From the IMG/VR virus record IMGVR_UViG_3300031673_000102: a DNA stretch of 46,183 nt; one strand, written 5' to 3'. Shown piece after piece: positions 35,079-42,975 of the stretch. The position numbers and the translations under genes were made by a program. How positions within the stretch are numbered: the stretch's first letter is position 1; every line of letters starts with the position of its first letter. The notes below the pieces were generated by a model. That model had not been told where the DNA came from. It saw only the letters and a program-made list of their open reading frames with translations, and ran no database searches. Source of the stretch: a virus.

Positions 35079-35261
35079 ATGAGAAAGCCTAAATCATGTA
35101 GTATTACTACTTTAAAAGATTTTCCTGACTCTATCAATATAACTGTTGATAGATATAGGACTTTCGATATTATAGAGAGTCTTCTTAGACAGTTACGAAA
35201 TGGAGAAACTAAAATTACTTATTCATTTGTAGGAAGATTAACAATTCATAAGGAGGATTAA
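35079..35261 (+). CDS. Hypothetical early protein
   Basis: AGGAGG SD. 60 aa. Confidence 0.5.
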   Translation: MRKPKSCSITTLKDFPDSINITVDRYRTFDIIESLLRQLRNGETKITYSFVGRLTIHKED

Positions 35262-35264
35262 CTC

Positions 35265-35492
35265 ATGTCTCTCAGAATCTGTAATAATTGTACTCGTGTG
35301 GAATGTAAAGGTATTGCCTCTATCGGGCCTTGTGGCAAGTATAAGGCTCCCAAACTTCCCACCACCACCCTTCTTCATCACATAGTATCCAAGCCCAACG
35401 GACTGGGTACTTTGTACATCCTTCTAGCCGCTTATAAGATGGAGATTGGAGAAACTCCTCGCTACCCTGGATTCTCCCTCATTCTTCACTGA
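35265..35492 (+). CDS. Small Cys-rich protein
   Basis: AAGGAGG SD. CNNC..C...C. Confidence 0.45.
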   Translation: MSLRICNNCTRVECKGIASIGPCGKYKAPKLPTTTLLHHIVSKPNGLGTLYILLAAYKMEIGETPRYPGFSLILH

Positions 35493-35513
35493 TAACTTGG
35501 GAGGCCTAAGGTT

Positions 35514-35681
35514 ATGGATTCCAAAGAGATTCTCTCCGAAGTGGTCTATGAGATTAAGAAGCACTCTTTGTATCGTCCGCATCCTAAGCCTACCTACCGA
35601 CGGACTCGATCCTCTCCTCGGAGTGGCAGAGTCCATCGGATTCCTATTGAACTTTACATGAAGGAGAAGAACAGTGAGTGA
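35514..35681 (+). CDS. 55-aa basic peptide (not in the ORF track)
   Basis: GGGAGG upstream. Translates MDSKEILSEVVYEIKKHSLYRPHPKPTYRRTRSSPRSGRVHRIPIELYMKEKNSE. Preferred over the track ORF 35446-35661, which lacks an SD. Confidence 0.35.
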   Translation: MDSKEILSEVVYEIKKHSLYRPHPKPTYRRTRSSPRSGRVHRIPIELYMKEKNSE

Positions 35682-35865
35682 ATTATCTAAAGCCATACAA
35701 GAAAGTGGCATCAATCGTTTAAGTCTCGACACTGACACTATGAAAATAATGAAGGATGCTTTCAAGGGTGGGTGGGAGGCTAGAGAGGCACTCTTAAATC
35801 GAAGAGTATCTGAGATAGAAAAAGCTGCTGTTAAGAGATATAAGGAGAAGAACAATGCTACTTAA
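35674..35865 (+). CDS. Hypothetical early protein (GTG start)
   Basis: AAGGAG plus 7 nt, then GTG. Helical 63 aa. Confidence 0.45.
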   Translation: MSELSKAIQESGINRLSLDTDTMKIMKDAFKGGWEAREALLNRRVSEIEKAAVKRYKEKNNAT

Positions 35866-35947
35866 AATCATCTACCTACTCGTAGTCCTTCTACTTTACA
35901 TCTGTCTGACTGGGTGGAGTAGGAGGAAATTCAAGGAGGATATTTAA
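35855..35947 (+). CDS. 30-aa hydrophobic peptide (not in the ORF track)
   Basis: AAGGAG SD. Translates MLLKIIYLLVVLLLYICLTGWSRRKFKEDI. Confidence 0.35.
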   Translation: MLLKIIYLLVVLLLYICLTGWSRRKFKEDI

Positions 35948-35949
35948 CT

Positions 35950-36105
35950 ATGTATAATTATGAAGGATTTACACCCTCTGATATAAATATACTTAAAGAA
36001 ATTTTAAGTGAAATACCATCAGAAATTACTCGTAATAAATTATTAGATTTACTTAAGTCTTATGATATGATTTCTGAGGAGGTCTTCAATGAAGGTATAT
36101 CCTGA
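35950..36105 (+). CDS. 51-aa hypothetical peptide (not in the ORF track)
   Basis: AAGGAGG SD. Translates MYNYEGFTPSDINILKEILSEIPSEITRNKLLDLLKSYDMISEEVFNEGIS. Confidence 0.4.
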   Translation: MYNYEGFTPSDINILKEILSEIPSEITRNKLLDLLKSYDMISEEVFNEGIS

Positions 36106-36352
36106 ATGTCCTATACCTTTTAACACTGTCGAATGCAAAGGTCTCTGGTATCGCATTAGTAAGGAGTCCTACCGTACTGGGCGAGGATTCTCAGTTCGCA
36201 TCCAAGCTAGATTCCTTAAGAGTGAATCCTGCTCTGGATGTCCTGAGTGTGAGGAGATCAGAATTAAGGCTAAAGAATATCTTTTAAAAGTGAATAATCT
36301 CCACACTAAAGAGCATGGTCAGAAGTACCGATTACGGCTGATTAAGAAATAA
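36089..36352 (+). CDS. Small Cys-containing protein
   Basis: GAGGAGG SD. C..C motif near the middle (CSGCPEC). Confidence 0.5.
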   Translation: MKVYPECPIPFNTVECKGLWYRISKESYRTGRGFSVRIQARFLKSESCSGCPECEEIRIKAKEYLLKVNNLHTKEHGQKYRLRLIKK

Positions 36353-36361
36353 GGAAATCTT

Positions 36362-36712
36362 ATGAATTTAACAAGAGATGCTGCTATAGAACTTTCTGCA
36401 TCATTATGGAGAGAGGTTGCAGAGACTGGAAAGTTAAAGAGTCGTATTCTATATGAATGGTATTTTGATCCCATGCTACATGACTGTCCTTGTTGTGAGT
36501 ATGTAAGTCAGGAATATCCTAGGATGTATGTAGGATACCCTGAACTTCAATGCCAAAAAGTATGCCCTCTGTGCAGTTTGTGGCCTTCTGGCTGTGCAAG
36601 GGAAGGAGAGTTATACATGCAGTATGTAAGACTTGAGCATGATCCTGAAGCACAACTAAAAGTTGCTAACGAAATTGCTACCAGAGCAGCTAAATTAGCC
36701 AAACTTATATAG
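36362..36712 (+). CDS. Cys-rich hypothetical protein
   Basis: CPCC ... C...CPLC ... C. 116 aa. Confidence 0.5.
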   Translation: MNLTRDAAIELSASLWREVAETGKLKSRILYEWYFDPMLHDCPCCEYVSQEYPRMYVGYPELQCQKVCPLCSLWPSGCAREGELYMQYVRLEHDPEAQLKVANEIATRAAKLAKLI

Positions 36713-36997
36713 GTGCACAAGATGCCCTCCTACACCTTAATCGAACTATCCAATAAATCTCTCGAATTCACAACTCGAAAGGTAACTAGCCCTGAGAAGT
36801 TCACAACTCAAGTCCATAGGACTTCTTGGGGCTACTTTGTTTACACCCTCCTCACCAAGGAAATAGATATAGAATTCAACAAGCAGAGACTCCTGGACAA
36901 TATGATTTCGGATACTGCCACTGCCATGAAAGAATGTGGAGAGTGTCTTAAGAAGCTCAATAAGATTAAGAAAGAAAGAGGAGAAAGAATACCATGA
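36713..36997 (+). CDS. Hypothetical protein
   Basis: GTG 36713 or ATG 36722. Compact packing. Confidence 0.45.
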   Translation: MHKMPSYTLIELSNKSLEFTTRKVTSPEKFTTQVHRTSWGYFVYTLLTKEIDIEFNKQRLLDNMISDTATAMKECGECLKKLNKIKKERGERIP

Positions 36998-37320
36998 AAA
37001 CTGACTACCCTGAACTTGAAGGAGTAGAAATTGACTATATCTATAATGATGGATCAGTTTGTAAGTCCAAAGTAGTAGGAGTTAACTATCACATAGGCAT
37101 TACTATAGTAAGAATTGCAAATGCTTCAAGATTTACTGTATGCCTTAATAAGAAACTTCATGATCCTAAAATAAATATTAAGAGTGCTTTGAATAATTAT
37201 AGGAAATACTTTCATGAAGTTGTAAAAGGTATTAAAGCAGGTCAGATAAAAGGTACTGATCTTGATAAGCATTATGAAAGACTCAGCTGTTATATAAACA
37301 CTAACTGTGCATTTCAATAG
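36994..37320 (+). CDS. Hypothetical protein
   Basis: ATGA overlap. 108 aa. Confidence 0.5.
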   Translation: MKTDYPELEGVEIDYIYNDGSVCKSKVVGVNYHIGITIVRIANASRFTVCLNKKLHDPKINIKSALNNYRKYFHEVVKGIKAGQIKGTDLDKHYERLSCYINTNCAFQ

Positions 37321-37329
37321 GAGATCCTC

Positions 37330-37581
37330 ATGAAAGATCTAACCATGGCTCAAGTAACCGCCCAACTGAGCAAGCTCACCGAGCATCCATGCTCATTGCA
37401 GAATTCCTATCTTCAATATCCTTGGTATTCTAAGGAAGAGATGGCTCAAATCAATAAGAAACAGAAGAAAGGATTCATCAACTTTCCTAATGACTGTCAG
37501 ATATCTCCTGGATTCCATACATGGAGAGAAGTTCTGGATTACTTTAAGGATTTGATTGAAAAGAGGAAAACTAATGAGTAA
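37330..37581 (+). CDS. Hypothetical protein
   Basis: GGAG SD. 83 aa. Confidence 0.5.
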   Translation: MKDLTMAQVTAQLSKLTEHPCSLQNSYLQYPWYSKEEMAQINKKQKKGFINFPNDCQISPGFHTWREVLDYFKDLIEKRKTNE

Positions 37582-38083
37582 ACTATCCGAAGTAAAGAAC
37601 CGTCCTGCAACCCTCATCCTCACCAGTCGAGTGGATGCTCGTTACCTGGCGACCCTCGCTCTTTATTGGGCCTCAGTCGGTGAGACTCCCTCCTCCATTA
37701 GTGAACTTATCCGACTAAGTATGGAGAGTTTCGCTGAACTCCTCACACTCTCAGGTAAAGCTGACTTCCCGCAGACCCAAGAAGAGGCCATGATGGTGTT
37801 GGAGAGAATGAGCCTCAAGGTTCAGAAGATAAACCCTCGGAATATGGCCACTGCTATGATTGCCGAAGGTATGTCTCTTGACTCTTTGACCACATCCCTC
37901 CAGCCTTCAGCCGCCCTTACTACTCCTAAGACTAAAGTAAGTAAACCTACCCATCAGATGGCTCTGGCTAATCTGGAGAACCGACTGAGTGAGGAACTCC
38001 AAGAGAGAGTGGCTGAATCTAATGAAAGAACTGAGGAGTTCAAGAAATCTCTTGGGATGATTCCTGAGCAGGCTAAAGAATAG
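37574..38083 (+). CDS. Hypothetical protein (possible DNA-binding)
   Basis: Start moved to ATG 37574 (MSKLSEVKNRPATL...). No firm motif. Confidence 0.45.
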   Translation: MSKLSEVKNRPATLILTSRVDARYLATLALYWASVGETPSSISELIRLSMESFAELLTLSGKADFPQTQEEAMMVLERMSLKVQKINPRNMATAMIAEGMSLDSLTTSLQPSAALTTPKTKVSKPTHQMALANLENRLSEELQERVAESNERTEEFKKSLGMIPEQAKE

Positions 38084-38091
38084 GGGGAGTT

Positions 38092-38116
38092 GCTATGTTG
38101 ATTAAATCCATACAGG
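38092..38116 (+). promoter_or_regulatory. 25-bp dyad motif copy 7: GCTATGTTGATTAAATCCATACAGG
   Basis: Begins 9 nt after the upstream stop and lies 44 nt upstream of ATG 38161. The track ORF start at 38095 lies inside the motif. Confidence 0.65.
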
Positions 38117-38160
38117 AATCCACTCTCAACTTATTGGAAGAAAGCCTGGAGACTGGGAAG

Positions 38161-38328
38161 ATGAAAACCTATATTTGTGGGCACCTACATTGCCCGTCCT
38201 GCAAGAACCAACTAGATATCGACCTTGTGTGTAGTGTTTGCGGCAAGGCTTGGACAGAAAGAATAATAGAGCAATATATCGGAACAGTACAGATAGACAT
38301 TACGAAACTGTATGAGGATAAACTATGA
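38161..38328 (+). CDS. Small zinc-ribbon protein
   Basis: MKTYICGHLHCPSCKNQ...CSVCGK. Start chosen downstream of the motif. Confidence 0.5.
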   Translation: MKTYICGHLHCPSCKNQLDIDLVCSVCGKAWTERIIEQYIGTVQIDITKLYEDKL

Positions 38329-38540
38329 GTGAATATAAACAAAGTGAGCTTTACTGGCATGAAGCTCTGGACAGGTCAAGTCTTGCTGTTGATTTTTTCA
38401 GTGATAACGTAGCCAACCATGAAGCCGTGTCACATGATGAAGAGTTGAAAGCCGCCGCTGAGAAAATAACTGAGCTTATGGCCGATTTCTATCAAGCTGT
38501 GGGAAGAAAAGCTTTTGCGTTTAAGGAGGATAAATCATGA
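38325..38540 (+). CDS. Hypothetical acidic protein
   Basis: ATGA overlap. 71 aa. Confidence 0.5.
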   Translation: MSEYKQSELYWHEALDRSSLAVDFFSDNVANHEAVSHDEELKAAAEKITELMADFYQAVGRKAFAFKEDKS

Positions 38541-38893
38541 GTGAAAAATTACAATCTAATCCCCGTCTCCAAGAGTTGGCCATAGTTCTTAAAGAACTTC
38601 GTGAGGAAATCCAAGATATTAAGGATAAACTAGCCTCTCGTCAGAAACTCTTCCAATCTCTGGATAGGGAGAGAATCAACCTCCAGATCAACATCTGGGA
38701 ATCAGCTGGTAAGATCACTAAACTTCCTACTATAATCCCTAAAGTCCGTCGATCTACAATCCCCACCGCACCACTTCGTGAGGAGGAACTCTTCGCATCC
38801 CTCGACAGCATGACTACTGAAGCCCGTGAGAGTCTCATCCACTCTCTACTTGAATCCAATAGGAAGGAAGCTAGCATCAATCCAACAACTTAA
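38537..38893 (+). CDS. Hypothetical coiled-coil protein
   Basis: AAGGAGG SD and ATGA overlap. 118 aa. Confidence 0.5.
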   Translation: MSEKLQSNPRLQELAIVLKELREEIQDIKDKLASRQKLFQSLDRERINLQINIWESAGKITKLPTIIPKVRRSTIPTAPLREEELFASLDSMTTEARESLIHSLLESNRKEASINPTT

Positions 38894-38914
38894 AGAATCA
38901 TGATCTTATTCTTT

Positions 38915-39082
38915 TTCAAAAGCGCAGTTGCTTTTGTATGTCGGGTAGTACCGATAGGAAAGTGGCCGGGCAGACGGACTGGCTCTCATGTATGGCGGCG
39001 GATACTCGCTTTAGATCGAAGCGGTACACTGGTTTTCTCATGTATGTTGTTGCGCAGGGCGGAGCTTGCGACGCCCGCGCAC
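38915..39082 (+). ncRNA. Candidate small structured RNA (GC-rich island, family unknown)
   Basis: The only ORF (38900-39085) lacks an SD and is Arg-rich. Stems AAAAGC/GCTTTT, TCGG/CCGA, CGCTT/AAGCG and GCGC(A)GGGCG/CGCCCGCGC. TCTCATGTATG is repeated 42 nt apart. Confidence 0.3.
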
Positions 39083-39105
39083 TGATAAATAATTAGGAGA
39101 CTTCA

Positions 39106-39312
39106 ATGACTAAGAAAACTAAGAAGAAGAAATTCTACATTAACAATCAGTATAAGAGAGTTCAGATATTCTGTGCTTGTGATAGGGAATATGATTATGC
39201 TAATAAGGTTGGTCTCCAGTCTGGTGATAGATGCCCATCTGATATAAGTAGTTCAGAAGAGCAGTGTCCTATTTGTAATTACTACTATTGGATTCATAAG
39301 CCCAAAAAATAA
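39106..39312 (+). CDS. Small basic zinc-ribbon protein
   Basis: AGGAG SD. KKTKKKKF N-terminus. CAC...CPIC. Confidence 0.5.
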   Translation: MTKKTKKKKFYINNQYKRVQIFCACDREYDYANKVGLQSGDRCPSDISSSEEQCPICNYYYWIHKPKK

Positions 39313-39325
39313 TTTCACCAAGATG

Positions 39326-39354
39326 TTGACAACTGTACATTCATATGGTATTGT
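39326..39354 (+). promoter_or_regulatory. Sigma70-type promoter P3
   Basis: TTGACA (39326-39331), 17-nt spacer ending in TGg, then TATTGT (39349-39354). Confidence 0.6.
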
Positions 39355-39412
39355 GTATTCAACAAATGGCAATTATGCCGATTCACTTCAATTCAAACAA
39401 GGAGTCTCAATC

Positions 39413-39805
39413 ATGGCTATGGAAACTGTAGAAGCAAAGTATCAGGTAAAGGACAAAGACGGTAATGTTGTACTGAATGAGGAAGGTCAGCCGTCCTGGA
39501 AGCAGGCTACTGTTGAATTTGACTTTGGTGACAATCTGGATTCTGCAGTTGAAATCTGTGGTGCTGAGGCCGTGCACTCCAACTACAAGGCCAATGCCAA
39601 GGTTGGTCTCCAGTCTATCATTCGTGCCAAGTTGAAAGCTGGTCTCTCCGTAGATCAGATTCAGACCCTCGTATCCGCTTGGAAGCCCGGTATGGTTATC
39701 GAGAAGACTCAGGTCGATCCTGCTGTGGCAATTCAGAATGCCTTCTCTTCTTGGTCTCCTGAGAAGCAGGCTGAGTTCCTGGCCTCTCTGGGTGTGCAGT
39801 CCTAA
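39413..39805 (+). CDS. 130-aa protein in a stand-alone promoter-gene-terminator unit
   Basis: AAGGAG SD plus ATG 39413, downstream of P3. The track start at 39323 lies upstream of the -35 box. Confidence 0.6.
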   Translation: MAMETVEAKYQVKDKDGNVVLNEEGQPSWKQATVEFDFGDNLDSAVEICGAEAVHSNYKANAKVGLQSIIRAKLKAGLSVDQIQTLVSAWKPGMVIEKTQVDPAVAIQNAFSSWSPEKQAEFLASLGVQS

Positions 39806-39833
39806 CCCCCTGTAGGACTGTATTAAAGGTGTG

Positions 39834-39869
39834 GTCCCGTGCCTTCTTCATCAACGGGACTTTTATTTT
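39834..39869 (+). terminator. Intrinsic terminator
   Basis: GTCCCGT (39834-39840) pairs with ACGGGAC (39854-39860), followed by TTTTATTTT. Confidence 0.7.
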
Positions 39870-39910
39870 ACTCTTAGATTGTACCAACCCGATCATTTGA
39901 GGTTACTTAT

Positions 39911-40084
39911 ATGGAATTTAATTTAAAGACTATATTCAGAATTAAGGAGACAGGAAAAGTCCTGTGCTTCAAACATGCAGTTATGGAAGTAATTACAAAT
40001 GATACTAATATAGAAGTTATAACCGATGAGTTTGGACAATCAGGTAATGATATGAGAACTTATTGGTGTCAGGAGTGTAACTAA
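39911..40084 (+). CDS. 57-aa Cys-containing peptide (not in the ORF track)
   Basis: Translates MEFNLKTIFRIKETGKVLCFKH...YWCQECN. TAATG overlap with the ligase start. Confidence 0.4.
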   Translation: MEFNLKTIFRIKETGKVLCFKHAVMEVITNDTNIEVITDEFGQSGNDMRTYWCQECN

Positions 40085-40974
40085 TGGCTATCCGATCTGG
40101 AATCCAACTTGCTGAACCATTCTCAGAACGTCGCATCCTTAATCAAGGGCGCTTCAAAACCACTTGGTCTCAGCCCTGGATAGTTCAACCCAAGTTGAAT
40201 GGTGAACGCTGCCGCCTTATTAAGGAAGGTTCTCGCTGCCTTCTCCTATCTTCAAGTGAAGACATTATTCCCGCAGTGCCTCACATAAATCAGGCTGGCC
40301 TATCCTTACCAGACGGTGAGTATGATGGTGAACTCTACGTCCACGGTATGTCTTGGAGTGAAATCCACTCTATCGTCAGCCGTGAAACTAACATGCACTC
40401 TAATTCAGGAGTGATGGAACTTCATCTATTCGACTTGATAGATAACTCTCCCCAATGGTTTCGTCTACAAAATCTCAACAAGATATTACAATCAATCCCT
40501 AATGGCCCAATCAAGTCAGTGCCAGTAAGAGTTTCCGATAGTTTGGAGAAACTCTACTCCCTATATGAACAGTATATAGAGATGGGCTATGAGGGATTTA
40601 TTGTACGAGAGATGAACTCTTTCTATACGCGCCGCAGAGTTGGTGCGATGATGAAGTTTAAACCTAAGAAGACCGATCACTATATGATTGCTCGTGTGAT
40701 TGAGGCAATCTCTGAAGAAGGTAAACCTCTTGGAATGATTGGCGCTTTCGAGTGTGTAGATACAGAAGGTACTTATTTCAAAGTAGGAGCCGGTAAACTT
40801 TCTCATGATGCCCGCAGAAATAGTTGGATAGACTATAAAATATTCCCCGAACATTTTAAAGGGGAGTATCTTGAGATAGAATACCAAACTATGTCTGATG
40901 CCAAGGGAGTCCCCCTATTCTCCCGGGCTGTACGGATTGTATCAGATAAACCTGAGTGCGGAAATGAGGACTAA
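40084..40974 (+). CDS. ATP-dependent DNA ligase
   Basis: Motif I variant QPKLNGERC (KxDGxR with N in place of D), EGFIVRE (motif IV-like), MKFKPKK (motif V-like). 296 aa. Confidence 0.75.
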   Translation: MAIRSGIQLAEPFSERRILNQGRFKTTWSQPWIVQPKLNGERCRLIKEGSRCLLLSSSEDIIPAVPHINQAGLSLPDGEYDGELYVHGMSWSEIHSIVSRETNMHSNSGVMELHLFDLIDNSPQWFRLQNLNKILQSIPNGPIKSVPVRVSDSLEKLYSLYEQYIEMGYEGFIVREMNSFYTRRRVGAMMKFKPKKTDHYMIARVIEAISEEGKPLGMIGAFECVDTEGTYFKVGAGKLSHDARRNSWIDYKIFPEHFKGEYLEIEYQTMSDAKGVPLFSRAVRIVSDKPECGNED

Positions 40975-40976
40975 TT

Positions 40977-41159
40977 ATGGAACGTCAACTTTTAGATATT
41001 AGAATTCAATTAGAAATGTGTATAACTGAACGTGAAGGTATGATTGCTGAAAACTTACAACGTGCTGCCTGTAGCCAGTCTATGGCTTATGTAAGTACAG
41101 ACTTTGAATCAGTTAATATAACTCTTTCTGGCCTAATGGATGTTATACGTAATCTTTAG
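40977..41159 (+). CDS. Hypothetical protein
   Basis: Tightly packed after the ligase. 60 aa. Confidence 0.45.
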   Translation: MERQLLDIRIQLEMCITEREGMIAENLQRAACSQSMAYVSTDFESVNITLSGLMDVIRNL

Positions 41160-41167
41160 AAAATATT

Positions 41168-41192
41168 GCTATCATGATTAAATCAACATAGG
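41168..41192 (+). promoter_or_regulatory. 25-bp dyad motif copy 8: GCTATCATGATTAAATCAACATAGG
   Basis: Intergenic, 56 nt upstream of ATG 41249. Followed by AATCC, as is copy 7. Confidence 0.65.
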
Positions 41193-41248
41193 AATCCGCC
41201 ACCCTAGAGGATGAAGTCAATCCTTAATTATAAAGAAGGAGAATTGTC

Positions 41249-41467
41249 ATGACCACTAAGAAAGTAGTAAGCGTTAAATTTTCAGAGAAACGTAAGATCA
41301 ATGAGCTTCGGCATCAACTCCGTGCTCGTAAAGAAGAATATGAATATCTTATATATCAACAACTTGCTAAGATTGACCCTTCAATAAAAGCTCTTATGTC
41401 TGAGTTGTATGATCTTGATCCTGAGGCATGTCTTATGATTGAAGCTCCTAAGAAGGGGATAAAGTAA
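41249..41467 (+). CDS. Hypothetical protein
   Basis: AAGGAG SD. 72 aa. Confidence 0.5.
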   Translation: MTTKKVVSVKFSEKRKINELRHQLRARKEEYEYLIYQQLAKIDPSIKALMSELYDLDPEACLMIEAPKKGIK

Positions 41468-41468
41468 T

Positions 41469-42437
41469 ATGAACATCTCTGAACTACCCCTCCCCATCTC
41501 ATACCATTCAAGTATGGACATTCTCGATAGCACCAAGATTCAATCCTATCAGGATTGCCCGCGTGCTTTCTTCTACGAGTACGTCCTCGGGTGGAGATCC
41601 TCCTATCCCAATAACCACTTGCACTTCGGCAAGGCAGTCCACATAGCAATGGAGCATATCATCCTCCACGGCTATCGAGTGGAAGCAGTAATGGAAGCTC
41701 TCACCCTCTTCAACGATGAATATCGTAGTGCATTTCCTGAATCTACTGATGAAATCTTTTCACCTAAAACTCCGGGAAGATTTTTCGAGATGTTGATCCT
41801 ATATCTCAAACAGTATGCAGATGATCTCACCAACTACAAAGTCTACAAGACAGAATTCGGAGGAACTATCCACCTTTCACCTAAGCACAAGATTGCCTTC
41901 AAGATGGACACCGTACTCCAAGATCAGCGTGATGGAAAATACTGCTCACTTGAGCATAAGACCAAGGGTGGAAACTATATCTCCGACTCCTACCTATACG
42001 AACATATGATGGGAATTCAGTGCGGTACCTATACTCACGTCCTCAACTGCCTCTTCCCGCCTGAAGAAGTAAGTGGTATCATCATCAACTGTATGTGCTT
42101 TAAGAAAACCAAAATCGCTGATTATATTCTCAAAAGATTCCCTATTAACTATTCCAACTCCCAGATGTTCAACTGGCTGGAGAATACAAAGAGTTGGATG
42201 GATCGCATCTATAAAGACTTCGCTCTGTTGGCGGGTACTACTATTGGAGCTGACCGTATGGATTGCTTCCCTCTGAATGGTAGGAGTTGTTGTAACTGGG
42301 GGAGGACTTGCACCTATTTAGGCCTCTGTAATAGTTGGAATAACCCTATTCAGCATCAGGAGAAACTTCCTGCTGATATGAAGGTTGAGTTTTGGAATCC
42401 GTTGGAAGAAGATCTTCGAGAGGTACTATCCTTATGA
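41469..42437 (+). CDS. Cas4/RecB-like PD-(D/E)xK exonuclease with Fe-S cysteine cluster
   Basis: YQDCPRAFFYEYVLG N-terminal Cys. FKMD...LEHKTK (D...ExK). C-terminal CFPLNGRSCCNWGRTCTYLGLC. Confidence 0.75.
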   Translation: MNISELPLPISYHSSMDILDSTKIQSYQDCPRAFFYEYVLGWRSSYPNNHLHFGKAVHIAMEHIILHGYRVEAVMEALTLFNDEYRSAFPESTDEIFSPKTPGRFFEMLILYLKQYADDLTNYKVYKTEFGGTIHLSPKHKIAFKMDTVLQDQRDGKYCSLEHKTKGGNYISDSYLYEHMMGIQCGTYTHVLNCLFPPEEVSGIIINCMCFKKTKIADYILKRFPINYSNSQMFNWLENTKSWMDRIYKDFALLAGTTIGADRMDCFPLNGRSCCNWGRTCTYLGLCNSWNNPIQHQEKLPADMKVEFWNPLEEDLREVLSL

Positions 42438-42688
42438 GCACTTCATATAATCTAACACATAAAACATTTCACAATCTACATATTAATGAGAGTTCTAATA
42501 CACTTGAGTTAGCTGTAGATATTAAAGATTCTAATGGAGATTTAGTAGAATATTATCCAATAACTAAATATTTAACTCCTAGAGATATGGTAGTTATATT
42601 TCTTGAGGGTTTAAAAGTCTGTTCTTATTGGATGGATTCTAAGGATTTTAAGGATGCTTTAAGTAAGTTGGAGGACTACTCATTATGA
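42434..42688 (+). CDS. Hypothetical protein
   Basis: ATGA overlap. Start moved to ATG 42434. Confidence 0.45.
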   Translation: MSTSYNLTHKTFHNLHINESSNTLELAVDIKDSNGDLVEYYPITKYLTPRDMVVIFLEGLKVCSYWMDSKDFKDALSKLEDYSL

Positions 42689-42975
42689 GTAATGATCATC
42701 TAATTCTATCTGAGACAAAGCCAGAACTAATCGGAGGACTAACCATTGAAGACGAACGTCAGGCTGAGTTGACTCTTCTGATGCTCCTTGAAGATATGCT
42801 TCAATCAGAGAGAGTCCCCTTCCTACAAGAAGCCGGAGTTTCTTTCGACGAGTTTAATAGAATTTACGAGAAATGGTTTAGAGTTCTTGAACGTTATAGA
42901 AAGGAGAAAGCAAATGGCAGAACCGACAAAACCCCCAGTCCCACCAATAACTCAGACTACAGTGAAACCTATTGA
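42685..42975 (+). CDS. Hypothetical acidic protein
   Basis: ATGA overlap. Its 3' end overlaps the next gene by 62 nt if that gene starts at 42914. Confidence 0.45.
   Translation: MSNDHLILSETKPELIGGLTIEDERQAELTLLMLLEDMLQSERVPFLQEAGVSFDEFNRIYEKWFRVLERYRKEKANGRTDKTPSPTNNSDYSETY

Noticed and set aside
35424-35855. 143-aa minus-strand ORF in the early plus-strand arm
   Set aside because: Opposite to the local transcription direction and without an SD. It overlaps three plus-strand ORFs that each have a strong SD.
38900-39085. 61-aa ORF in the GC-rich island, considered as a protein gene
   Set aside because: No SD and an Arg/Leu/Cys-rich translation. The region folds into consecutive GC stems, so I treat it as a candidate non-coding RNA.
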